From the NCBI GenBank assembly GCA_963543695.1, contig CAUUCF010000003.1, positions 4,252 through 68,251 of the forward strand: a DNA stretch of 64,000 bases, given 5' to 3'. This document shows positions 10,599 through 19,917 of this stretch, in pieces. The DNA comes from an uncultured Gammaproteobacteria bacterium. Lineage in GTDB: Bacteria; Pseudomonadota; Gammaproteobacteria; UBA9339. The translations under genes and the position numbers were made by a program. The notes beneath the pieces are model-generated. The model made no database searches. It was given only the letters and a program-made list of their open reading frames with translations, and was not told where the DNA came from. Each line of letters opens with the position of its first letter. Positions within the stretch are counted from its first letter, which is position 1.

Positions 10599-11495
10599 TT
10601 AAAAAGCTCCTGAGCCAAATAAAAATTCACAAAAAGTACCTTTTAAACTCTTTGTTTTATTCCAACCTAATACTTGCGGCTTATAAGATAATTTATGCAG
10701 TGGACTCATCTGTTGTATCTGCTGCCAACGTTCCGCTGAATAAGGTTTTAATAATTCCCATTGTAAACGTTCTACCGGCATAAAACTATAAAAAGGAATC
10801 GTAGCAACATATTGTTGCCCTATTTTCGTCTGAGTTAGTAACGTTAATAAATGTAAAAACCAAAAATAGTTTAACGTAAATAAGTTATTACGCCAATATT
10901 CATCAAAAGAACGAATCAACATCTCAAACAGAGGATGATGAGCCACTGACGCTAAACAATAACTAGCGACACTTAACCCATCTAGGTCCTCTTTTTCACG
11001 AGTTTGAAACCAAAAGAGAGGAGCATTTGTCAACCAAGCAGGTAACGGAGCAGTTAAATAAATCGTAGCATCTAACCAAATCCCACCGTGTTCCCTCAAT
11101 AAATAAGCCCTTACGACATCTGAAAAACTAGCGGGTTTAATTTTACCTTTCTTTAAATAATCAAAGTAAAAACCTGGTAAATTAACGTATTGTTCTAATG
11201 AAGAGAAATTCAATAGTTGACGGTTAGGATGATGCAAAGCTACGCTTGCTAAACATCCCCGCACTAAATTAGGCATCTCACCATCCCAATATTGCCAAAT
11301 AGTTTGATCGTTAGTTGGTACTCTGTTAACCGGTTGAAATTCTTGAGCTATTTGTAAGTACGGTTTTAATTGCTTTCTTGCCCAAATACCTTTGTAAATT
11401 CGTCTCACTTTACGATTAAATACAAAACCCTCTAGCCCGGCTTTAACTAACCAATTTTGACTTTGCCGCCAAAAACTACCTAATTTAATGAACAC
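10599..11495 (-). CDS. Glycosyltransferase-like protein (capsular-polysaccharide-synthesis / GT32-like fold)
   Basis: 298 aa. IWQYWDGEMP..FSDVVRAYLLREHGGIWLDATIY resembles the sugar-binding region of Caps_synth/OCH1-type transferases. GTG start overlaps the radA stop by 16 nt. Confidence 0.5.
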   Translation of the reverse strand: MFIKLGSFWRQSQNWLVKAGLEGFVFNRKVRRIYKGIWARKQLKPYLQIAQEFQPVNRVPTNDQTIWQYWDGEMPNLVRGCLASVALHHPNRQLLNFSSLEQYVNLPGFYFDYLKKGKIKPASFSDVVRAYLLREHGGIWLDATIYLTAPLPAWLTNAPLFWFQTREKEDLDGLSVASYCLASVAHHPLFEMLIRSFDEYWRNNLFTLNYFWFLHLLTLLTQTKIGQQYVATIPFYSFMPVERLQWELLKPYSAERWQQIQQMSPLHKLSYKPQVLGWNKTKSLKGTFCEFLFGSGAF

Positions 11496-12811
11496 ATTGC
11501 CTCTAATGCTTCCTTTAAACTTTTGACTGCTACAATTTCAATACCTACTTCTTGCTTTTTCGGCATATTACCAAACGGAATAATTAACTTAGTGAAATTA
11601 TGCTGTTTAGCTACCTTAATTCTTTCCTGACCATTATGCACTGGTCTAATTTCTCCCCCTAAACCTATTTCACCGAAACTAGCTAAATTAGCTGGTAAAA
11701 TTAAGTTTTTTAAAGAAGAAAAGATGGCTAATACTACCGATAAATCTGCAGCTGTTTCAACGATCCTAATGCCTCCTACGACGTTAATATAAATATCTCG
11801 GTTATAAGTACGGAGATTACCATGTCGACTTAAAATAGCTAACATCATTCCTAAACGATTAATATCGTAACCTACCGCTGTACGACGCGGGTTAGGTAAG
11901 TAACTTTCATCGACCAACGCTTGCATTTCTACTAAAATAGGTCTAGTCCCTTCTAGACTTACCGTAATACTACTACCAGACATAGGATTCATTCGGTTCG
12001 TTAAAAAAATAGCGGAAGGATTGCTCACTTCTTTTAGCCCTACTTCCGTCATCGCAAAAATTCCCAGTTCATTCACCGCTCCAAAACGATTTTTTACACA
12101 ACGTAATATTCGATACTGCGATTGTTCTCCACCTTCAAAATAAAGCACGCAATCTACCATATGTTCTAGTATTTTCGGACCAGCAATATTCCCTTCCTTA
12201 GTCACGTGCCCTACGATAATAACCGAAATCTGACGTTGTTTACCGTATTGAATTAATCTAGCCGTCACTTCTTTCAGTTGACTAATTCCCCCGGGAGCAG
12301 CTTCTACTTTTTCACAATACATCGTTTGAATCGAATCAATCACCAAAATTGCTGGCTTTATTTTAGCTACTACCGATAAAATTTTTTCTAAAGTTGTTTC
12401 CGCTAATAAATATAAATTGAATAATCCTAACCCTAATCTTTGTCCTCTTAAAGCTACCTGTTCTAAAGATTCTTCCCCCGTTACATAAAGCACTTTCTTC
12501 CCTTTACTTAAATTCCCTAAAACTTGCATTAACAAAGTCGACTTCCCAATCCCTGGTTCACCACCTACTAGAATCACGGAACCGAGTACTAATCCTCCTC
12601 CCAAAACTCGATCTAATTCCTTAATTTCCGTCGAACAACGTGTCTGTTGCGTTAGAGAAATCTCGGTTAACTTCTTTACTTGAACCGCAATTTTTTCCTC
12701 TTCGTTCAATTGCTGAACCGTATTCCAGGCTCCACAAACTTCACATTTTCCGCTCCATTTAGCATAAATAGCTCCGCAATTTTGACAACAGTAACTTGGG
12801 CTAGTTTTCAT
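11480..12811 (-). CDS. radA: DNA repair protein RadA/Sms
   Basis: 443 aa. N-terminal zinc finger CQNCG..CEVCGAWNT, Walker A GGEPGIGKST, KNRFG motif and a Lon-like C-terminal domain. Confidence 0.92.
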   Translation of the reverse strand: MKTSPSYCCQNCGAIYAKWSGKCEVCGAWNTVQQLNEEEKIAVQVKKLTEISLTQQTRCSTEIKELDRVLGGGLVLGSVILVGGEPGIGKSTLLMQVLGNLSKGKKVLYVTGEESLEQVALRGQRLGLGLFNLYLLAETTLEKILSVVAKIKPAILVIDSIQTMYCEKVEAAPGGISQLKEVTARLIQYGKQRQISVIIVGHVTKEGNIAGPKILEHMVDCVLYFEGGEQSQYRILRCVKNRFGAVNELGIFAMTEVGLKEVSNPSAIFLTNRMNPMSGSSITVSLEGTRPILVEMQALVDESYLPNPRRTAVGYDINRLGMMLAILSRHGNLRTYNRDIYINVVGGIRIVETAADLSVVLAIFSSLKNLILPANLASFGEIGLGGEIRPVHNGQERIKVAKQHNFTKLIIPFGNMPKKQEVGIEIVAVKSLKEALEAMCSLN

Positions 12812-13722
12812 AACAATTTCAATTCTTTTAATTGCATTTTAACCGTCTTTTTCATTAACTCGCTCGCAAAAGGACCTATTGTTATTCTAAAACTTTCACC
12901 TACTTCTTCTAGATTAACTTGTACTTCTGGAAATAAAGTTTTTAATTGTTGTTGCAACTGATTAGCGTTTTTTTCTATTTTAAAAATTCCTACTTGCATC
13001 GCTTCAAGATCTTGTTGTGCTGGATCAACTTTTATTACCGTTTTAGCTTGAGTTTGTTGTGGTGCAACTAATTCTCTTTCTTCTACACGTGCTGAAAATT
13101 CCGTTTTTGATGAAGGAGCTACCGTCTCAGAATTGACGAAAGTCTTCTCCTTAGTTTCGTGAACAAGTAGTGAATGCTGCGTACCTTTCTGGTTTGCTGA
13201 CCAGACCCTAGCATCGATACCACGTACTCGAACGTCGGTCACTCCTTCTTCTTCGAAACCTAACGCTACCGCCGCCGCATAAGAAAGATCAATTAAACGA
13301 CCTTTCAGAAACGGACCTCGATCATTAACCCGTACGATAATTGTTTTACCGTTTTTTAAATTCGTTACCTCGACAAAACACGGCAGTGGTAATTCTGGAC
13401 TAGCAGCCGTTAGTCGGTATAAATCGTAAATTTCTTGGGTAGCCGTTTGCCTACCATGAAATTTACTGCCATACCAAGAAGCTTTCCCCGTTTTATTATA
13501 ACCGATATGCGTAGATAATACCCGGTACTTATTTTTACCAATTTGGTAATCACGCCTACCATAAGGATGATAGGCTTCTACTTTAGGAATAACCTTTTCT
13601 TGTAACCGTACTTTAGATCTATGACCAGCTTGATCTTGTTGTTCAAAAACGCTACAACCATTTATGTTCCAACAAAACCAACTCCAAAATAATATTTTTT
13701 TAATTAAGTTCTTGTTCATCAA
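12808..13722 (-). CDS. rlpA: Septal ring lytic transglycosylase RlpA-family lipoprotein (DPBB + SPOR)
   Basis: 304 aa. Signal/lipobox-like NINGC, DPBB core [25 protein letters not shown], and a C-terminal SPOR-like segment ([15 protein letters not shown]..). Confidence 0.8.
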   Translation of the reverse strand: MMNKNLIKKILFWSWFCWNINGCSVFEQQDQAGHRSKVRLQEKVIPKVEAYHPYGRRDYQIGKNKYRVLSTHIGYNKTGKASWYGSKFHGRQTATQEIYDLYRLTAASPELPLPCFVEVTNLKNGKTIIVRVNDRGPFLKGRLIDLSYAAAVALGFEEEGVTDVRVRGIDARVWSANQKGTQHSLLVHETKEKTFVNSETVAPSSKTEFSARVEERELVAPQQTQAKTVIKVDPAQQDLEAMQVGIFKIEKNANQLQQQLKTLFPEVQVNLEEVGESFRITIGPFASELMKKTVKMQLKELKLL

Positions 13723-14746
13723 AAATATTATTTAATTGTCGACGAACTTGAATGAAAGTGACACATCGAGATAACTCTTTCAGTCTTTTCGCTCCTACAT
13801 AAGTACAAGCCGAACGTAATCCTCCTAAAATGTCTAGAATATCATTCTCTACCGCTCCTCGATAGAGAATTTTGACACATTTTCCTTCACTAGCCCTGTA
13901 TTCCGCTACCTTACCAGAATATTTAAGCATCGCTTCGGTAGAAGACATTCCATAAAATTGTTTATATTGTTGTCCGTTTTCGGTATAAATTTCGCCAGAA
14001 CACTCCTGATGACCAGCCAACATTCCCCCTAACATCACGAAATCGGCTCCTGCCGCAAAAGCCTTAGCTAAATCTCCAGGCACAACACAACCCCCATCAC
14101 CACAAATTAATCCCCCCATACTATGGGCAACGTTAGCGCACTCGATAATTGCCGAAAGTTGCGGATATCCAACTCCTGTTTTTTTACGCGTTAAACACAC
14201 TGAACCTGGACCAATCCCAATTTTAACGATGTCAGCACCAGACACTAATAATTCTTCGGTCATTTCTGCCGTTACTACGTTACCGGCCATAATTATTTTC
14301 TCTGGGAAACGTTTCCTAACTTCACGTAAGACTTCTACGAAATGTTGCGTGTATCCGTTCGCAACGTCTAAACAAATTAAATCCCCTTTCGTAACCTCCA
14401 TAATTTGCGTTAGATGTTCTAAATCTTTATCACTAATTCCCGATGTTACAAAAACATTTTCCATCAAACGGGGGTTATTTTGTAAAGCTTCTTGCCAATT
14501 TTCTACTGACTCAAATTTATTAATCGCCGTTAATAACGCATGGTTTTGCAATGCATTAGCCATTGCAAAAGTGCCAACGTGGTCCATATTAGAAGCAATA
14601 ATTGGAATTCCTTCCCAAATTTTCTTAGCATGTAAAAAACGATACTGCCTTTTTAACTCTACTTGCGAACGAGAAGTTAACGTACTCCGTTTTGGCCGGA
14701 TTAAAACGTCAGAAAAATCTAATTTTATCCCTTCTTCTATTTGCAT
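13700..14746 (-). CDS. guaC: GMP reductase
   Basis: 348 aa. N-terminus [23 protein letters not shown] is typical of GuaC. IMPDH/GMPR TIM barrel with catalytic loop [11 protein letters not shown]. Confidence 0.9.
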   Translation of the reverse strand: MQIEEGIKLDFSDVLIRPKRSTLTSRSQVELKRQYRFLHAKKIWEGIPIIASNMDHVGTFAMANALQNHALLTAINKFESVENWQEALQNNPRLMENVFVTSGISDKDLEHLTQIMEVTKGDLICLDVANGYTQHFVEVLREVRKRFPEKIIMAGNVVTAEMTEELLVSGADIVKIGIGPGSVCLTRKKTGVGYPQLSAIIECANVAHSMGGLICGDGGCVVPGDLAKAFAAGADFVMLGGMLAGHQECSGEIYTENGQQYKQFYGMSSTEAMLKYSGKVAEYRASEGKCVKILYRGAVENDILDILGGLRSACTYVGAKRLKELSRCVTFIQVRRQLNNIFDEQELN

Positions 14747-14756
14747 ACAAACCTCC

Positions 14757-15518
14757 TTACCGTAACTTATTTTCTAATTGAACAGCTCCCATCGTTTGCT
14801 GATCTTTATATTTAATGATCACTGGGCAGTAAATTTGCACTCCCGACTTCGATAATGGTCTACTACCTGAAACCACGACTGCTCCCGCCGGAATCTCAAA
14901 ACTTTCTCCCGTTTTGACTAACCAAGCTTCGTTTACTGCATCGTAAATCTTCATATTGTTATTTAAAATCACGCCACTCCCTAATACTGCACCTTGCCTA
15001 ACAATAATTCCATCGTAAACACCACAATTTCCACCAATAAAAACCTCATCTTCAATAATCACGGGTAATTTTCCGATGGGTTCTAAAACTCCGCCAATTT
15101 GTACTCCCGCCGAAAGGTGAACGCGCTTACCAATTTGTGCTCCTGAACCGACCAACACGTGGGAATCAAGCATTGTTTCTGAATCAACAAAAGCCCCGAT
15201 ATTGACAAAAGTAGGTGGCATAATAATCACTCCCGGCGCAACGTAACAACCATTACGTAAAGAAGTCCCTCCCGGAACTAAACGCACTTTAGCAGCTAAA
15301 TTAAAATGTTTAGCCGAAAGCATCGTTTTATCAAAAAAAACTTCTCCTCCCCAACTTTTTTCAACTAATTCTCCGTGCTTAAATAGCTGCAAAATTCGCG
15401 CTTTCACTTCTTGATTGACTACCCACTGAGTACCTACTTTTTTAGCTACTCGTATTCGCCCCCGATTTAAATCTTCTAAAAAAGCTAAATCCGCGGCGCT
15501 ATTCATTAATTTGCTCAA
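14757..15518 (-). CDS. dapD: 2,3,4,5-tetrahydropyridine-2,6-dicarboxylate N-succinyltransferase
   Basis: 253 aa. Hexapeptide-repeat left-handed helix. Close colinear similarity to E. coli DapD (..[41 protein letters not shown]..). Confidence 0.88.
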   Translation of the reverse strand: MSKLMNSAADLAFLEDLNRGRIRVAKKVGTQWVVNQEVKARILQLFKHGELVEKSWGGEVFFDKTMLSAKHFNLAAKVRLVPGGTSLRNGCYVAPGVIIMPPTFVNIGAFVDSETMLDSHVLVGSGAQIGKRVHLSAGVQIGGVLEPIGKLPVIIEDEVFIGGNCGVYDGIIVRQGAVLGSGVILNNNMKIYDAVNEAWLVKTGESFEIPAGAVVVSGSRPLSKSGVQIYCPVIIKYKDQQTMGAVQLENKLR

Positions 15519-16380
15519 AACTTTTTATTATTTGATCAACTAATTCAGGATCAGCAGCCACCATAGGTAAACGAAAAAAATTCGCTAACAAACCCAATTT
15601 AGCCATTGCACCTTTAATCGGTTGCGGATTTGTATCTCGAAAACAATACGTAAATAAGTCTTTCATTTGATAATGTAATTGGTGTGCCAATTTAAAATCG
15701 TCGTTCAAACAAGCTTTAACCAATTTGACCATCGTTTTCGGTACTAAATTAGCCACAGTACTAATTACTCCTGTTGCTCCTAAACTCATCAACGGTAAAG
15801 TATCGTCGTCGTTCCCCGACAAAACACTGAAAGACACAGGAGCTTTTTCAATTATTTTACTAATTTGCCCGTAGTTCGCTGAAGCTTCTTTAATCGCGAT
15901 AATATTGGCACACTGCTTACTTAATTTTAGCACCGTATCGGCCTCAATATTGATAGCCGTCCTACCGGGAATATTATATAAAATGATTTGTTGATCGGTA
16001 GCTGAAGCAATCGCCTGATAATGAGCTAATAAACCACGTTGATTCGGTTTATTATAATAAGGAGCTACCACTAAATAGCCATCGTGACCTTGCATGGCAT
16101 CAAAAAACTGAATATTTTCAACTACTTGCGTAGTACAATTAGTCCCTACCCCTAAAAATACCGGAGTTTGACCCGCTTCTTCTAAAGTAATTTCTACTAA
16201 ACGTTTTTTTTCCTCTAAAGTTAAACAAGCCGCTTCCGCCGTAGTACCTAACGCCACTAAAAAATCGATCCCCGCTCTCACTTGACGTTGCACTAATTGA
16301 CGATAACGCACGTAATCTACTGCGTTATTTGCTAAAAAAGGAGTCACTAAAGCAGTGCCACAACCAACGATTGTTTTCAT
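15499..16380 (-). CDS. dapA: 4-hydroxy-tetrahydrodipicolinate synthase
   Basis: 293 aa. GTALVTPF.., GTTAEA and the YNIPGRT motif, with the Schiff-base lysine context IIAIKEAS. Confidence 0.9.
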   Translation of the reverse strand: MKTIVGCGTALVTPFLANNAVDYVRYRQLVQRQVRAGIDFLVALGTTAEAACLTLEEKKRLVEITLEEAGQTPVFLGVGTNCTTQVVENIQFFDAMQGHDGYLVVAPYYNKPNQRGLLAHYQAIASATDQQIILYNIPGRTAINIEADTVLKLSKQCANIIAIKEASANYGQISKIIEKAPVSFSVLSGNDDDTLPLMSLGATGVISTVANLVPKTMVKLVKACLNDDFKLAHQLHYQMKDLFTYCFRDTNPQPIKGAMAKLGLLANFFRLPMVAADPELVDQIIKSFEQINE

Positions 16381-16391
16381 AAATTTTATTA

Positions 16392-16556
16392 TTATTTTTT
16401 CAATTCTGGTATTGGATAATTGTTTCCCGTTAAATTTTGATCTAAATCACCCGTTATTTTTAAAGGTGGATTCAAATCTGGGGCATTTTGATAATTAATC
16501 GGTAAAGAACAGCCTACTAAACTAATAAAAGCCAAAAAATTTAAAATTTTTTTCAT
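16392..16556 (-). CDS. Small lipoprotein (54 aa), possibly LptM/YifL-like
   Basis: Not in the ORF track. ATG at 16556 gives MKKILNFLAFISLVGCSLPINYQNAPDLNPPLKITGDLDQNLTGNNYPIPELKK*. It has a signal peptide plus lipobox L-V-G-C and a proline-rich tail. It sits directly upstream of dapA. Confidence 0.5.
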   Translation of the reverse strand: MKKILNFLAFISLVGCSLPINYQNAPDLNPPLKITGDLDQNLTGNNYPIPELKK

Positions 16557-16750
16557 CTTCTTTATTCTACGTACCTAAGCCATTTTTCAGTATAAACTAA
16601 CTCTAGTATTTTGCAAGAACAAATTAATAATGGTTTTTACAAAATAAAAGCAAAATTTATTCGCTAATTAACCCAGCTTAACCTGTTTAAATCAAAGTTT
16701 TTAAATCATTAATGGATCCTGCTTTTATTTTTTTCCGGAAAACAAACGAG

Positions 16751-16872
16751 GATGTTTTATTTTAAAATCGATCATTTTACGCACTAATTTACTAGATCGT
16801 ATTTTAGAAAAGATGTTTTATTTTAAAATCGATCATTTTACGCACTAATTTACTAGATCGTATTTTAGAAAA
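16751..16872. repeat. Perfect tandem duplication, 2 x 61 bp
   Basis: 16751-16811 and 16812-16872 are identical (gatgttttattttaaaatcgatcattttacgcactaatttactagatcgtattttagaaaa). The duplication covers the 3' end of the ORF ending at 16804. Confidence 0.95.
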
Positions 16873-18698
16873 TTTGATATTTTCAGAATTAATTTGATTC
16901 GTAAATAAATATTTCAAGGCTTCCCCAAAACCTATCTGAGGAGCATATTTAGTATTTTCTACTCCATAAGACTTATGCGGTAATTCCCCTAACATCTGAA
17001 CCAAATTTACGTCTGGAGTATTAAAGAGATAATTAATGTAGAAATTCATTATTTTTTGAGAATCAAAGGTAAGAGAAGGGTATTGCTTTTCGTAAGCATT
17101 CATCTGCGCCGTAAACGCGATGACTCCTTTAAGGTAATTATCAAATTGCCATTCCCAAAAACTATTTTTATCAATGTTTTCTAAAATTGGTTGTCCTTGA
17201 TCGTCATAGTTAATCGTTTGCCCATGAGGAGCTCTAGTTAATAATTCCAGAACTTCGCCGATAAAAGGCTTCTTAAAAGTACAAAAACAATATTTTTCCA
17301 TGTTGATACTTTCATAGCACATCGGCGTAACCGCATAATAAAAAGATTGAATCGGCTGGTGATAAAAGCCTCTAAATAATTCTGCTAAACAGTTTTGCGT
17401 TAATCCAGAACCATCTAAATCGACAAAAGCAAAAGATCATCCGAATAATCGACGTTCTTTTTTAAATAATTAACGAAATTATTGATTTTAGTCTGATTTT
17501 TTTCTAAAGCTTTAACCACTATTTCTTTATTCGATAATAAATACCGATAAATCGCTTTTCTGGTTGTTAAATCATGCAAATTTTTTAAACCTACCGGTAA
17601 CATATCCATCAATTCTTGTTTCTCTAAACCTAAAAACCGATGAATATGGCGAATATCGTAATTAAACATGTCGATAAATTGTTTGTACAATTGCTCATTA
17701 TTGACATTGACCCCGGCCATTCGCCATACCATTCTCGAACCATAAGTATAGAAAGTTTTAATTTGTAAATGATTTTCAGCAATTAAAAGATCGGCCATCG
17801 CTTTTAAAACATAACCGTCTCTAGCAATGAAATAAAGCCTATGGATCGAACGCTTTTGGCATTGACGTAACACCCAAACAACATAAGGATAAAGAATGGC
17901 CCCGGTTAAAGAAATTCCTAAGATTGCTTTTTCATCAGTTTGAAAACCATTTAAAACGACGTTTTTAGCACAACCTAACGTTAATTGTACGACCGGATCA
18001 AAAAAATATCGCGCTAAAACCCCTTCTTCATATTTTTTAAAACGCACGCAGCGATATAAATGAGCATGAATACCCAATTCTTTAGGTTTGGAATAATCTG
18101 CTCCTGCGTTATCCCCTAAATGAACCCACTGCTTAAAATCAACCTTCTCTTGAGTTTGCACGTATTTATATAAACTAGCCGTCGCTTTCATGTGACCTAC
18201 TTCAGAAGATAAATATATTTTTAAATCGGCTAATACCGGATCAGCATTAGAAACCATTTGTTTAATGACGGTCAACGGTAAGTACATAGCCGAAATTAAA
18301 ACTACTCTCTTCTTTTGCACTAAAAGTGCTTTTACTTTATCAATGTTCTCTTGTATCGGAAGGAGATTCTCTCGTTCTAAACGAATTTCTAACGCTTCAA
18401 GTTGTTCTCTTTGCACTGTCGATAAAGCATAGTTTTTGGCAAGGTAAAGATAAAGATCTTTAAATTTTATTTCTTGTTCGTGATGCCAAACTTTACTTAA
18501 CCGCCTTAAATAAAATTCAGCATCCACTCGATAGTAATAAAAATTCGCTTTTATGTCTTTAGGAAACTCCTGATATTCAACTTCCGTATTTAATATATGC
18601 TGCATCAAGACAAAAATTCCCGCAGGTTTAGCAACTTTACGAGTAATTAAAGTATCAAAAATATCGAAGGAATATAATTTATAATTTTTATCAAACAT
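16804..18698 (-). pseudogene. HAD-superfamily-like protein of a polysaccharide cluster, interrupted by a frameshift (427-aa + 172-aa ORFs)
   Basis: The N-terminus YSFDIFDTLITR resembles HAD motif I. The 427-aa frame stops at 17415. The 172-aa ORF frame is open upstream to 17436 and there reads SFAFVDLDGSGLTQ.. (a second DxDG(S/T) motif). The two frames overlap at 17415-17436 in a T-rich tract. Confidence 0.5.
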
Positions 18699-18699
18699 G

Positions 18700-19911
18700 T
18701 TACCCTAATTTTTTTAACATAAAATCTACTGTGCGCACACAAGAATGACCATCATCACGATATCCCATTTTCAACAAAATTCCTCTGCTTTCTTTAAAAA
18801 AAGCTCCTCATTAAAACGTAAGATATTCGATGCTAATTCCCCGTTATCTTCCGCAATCGGACTGGGTAAAACCGATAGAGGATAATAAAAACCGTTAGAA
18901 CAATTATATTGGTCTAGATCTACCGCGTAAATAAACGACGGTTTTTTTAGGATCACGTACTCTGGAAGACAAGAACTATAATCAGAAATTAAAACGTCCG
19001 CCGCAACCAATAATTCTTGCATGTCGACGTATTAAATACCACTAAAACTAAGTTTTTATCTGTGTTAGAAGCATCGATAACTTCGTTAGCACCGAATAAA
19101 ACATTATTCACTCTTCTCGTTCTACTATGTAACCTAACCAAAATAACCCATTCTCCACCAAATCTTTGTTTTAAAGATTTCTTCAATAACCTGATGTCCA
19201 AATTAAAATAGTAAAGCGCTCCGTCCGGTCGCCAAGTCGGAGCGTATAATAATATGCGAGCATGTTGAGGAAGTTGATAAAATTTTTTGACTTTATCAAT
19301 CACCGGTCGATGATCCACGTAAAAGATCGCATCTCTAGCGTTACCTAACATTTCAATTTTACCGTAACCTCTATGTTGGGAAGTATAAATCTCTTTTTGA
19401 AAATCGCTATTTACGAAAAGGTAGTCAAATAAAGCAGATGATCGCGTTTGCCACTCTAATTCGTGCGTTTTACTATAAATTTGCGTAACGTCTGCATCAC
19501 ATTTTTTAATCCCCATTGAACCATGCCAAGTTTGAAGATAACAAGTTTCTTGTTTTTTCTTTAGCCCTTGTTTTAAAGGCAAATAAACATGAGAATTCAT
19601 CACCCACATTTTAGCCGTAGCTAATTCGTATAATCCTCTAATAGAAGTATACTTCACTAGCTGAAACTCGGCAGGAATTTCGGCAAGTTCCGTAGTCTTA
19701 TTCGTAAGCCAAACTAACTTATAATTACTAACTTCTTTACGCTTTAAAAATTCTTGAGCAATATACTTAGGATTGTCTGCGTATTGTTGAGTTAAAGGAT
19801 TACCAAAACAATTTTATAACGATCGACTTTAAAAAATTTATCTATCAAATAACAGATCATTTTTCTAAAATAATATTTTTTAACTTTTTTCATTTTAAAA
19901 CGAATTAACAT
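18700..19911 (-). pseudogene. CDP-glycerol/ribitol polyol-phosphate transferase (TagB/TagF family), at least 3 frameshifts
   Basis: Family motifs are spread over three frames. They are IVFGNPLTQQYADNPKYIAQEFL (needs a shift near 19800-19810), LQTWHGSMGIKK, LLYAPTWRPDG and DVLISDYSSCLPEY (shift near 19022-19060). The C-terminal tail ..GYRDDGHSCVRTVDFMLKKLG* is reached only after a shift near 18771-18785. Confidence 0.75.
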
Positions 19912-19917
19912 AGGTGA

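Noticed and set aside
14229-14765. 178-aa ORF on the plus strand. The same applies to similar antisense ORFs at 356..541, 1589..1810, 4258..4449, 8142..8348, 12680..12961, 19017..19211, 24790..24993, 25643..25864, 28759..29016, 33822..34016, 38504..38713, 55783..55986, 57849..58293, 60485..60875, 61436..61660 and 62216..62404.
   Set aside because: Each lies entirely inside, and mostly antisense to, a confidently identified conserved gene (guaC, uvrA, yidC, pflB, tig, nusA, infB, purB and others). They have low-complexity composition and no motif. Shadow ORFs like these are typical in AT-rich DNA.
16751-16872. Considered whether the 61-bp repeats could be a CRISPR or minisatellite array.
   Set aside because: There are only two copies, directly abutting with no spacers, and they are coding-derived. 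This is a simple tandem duplication.
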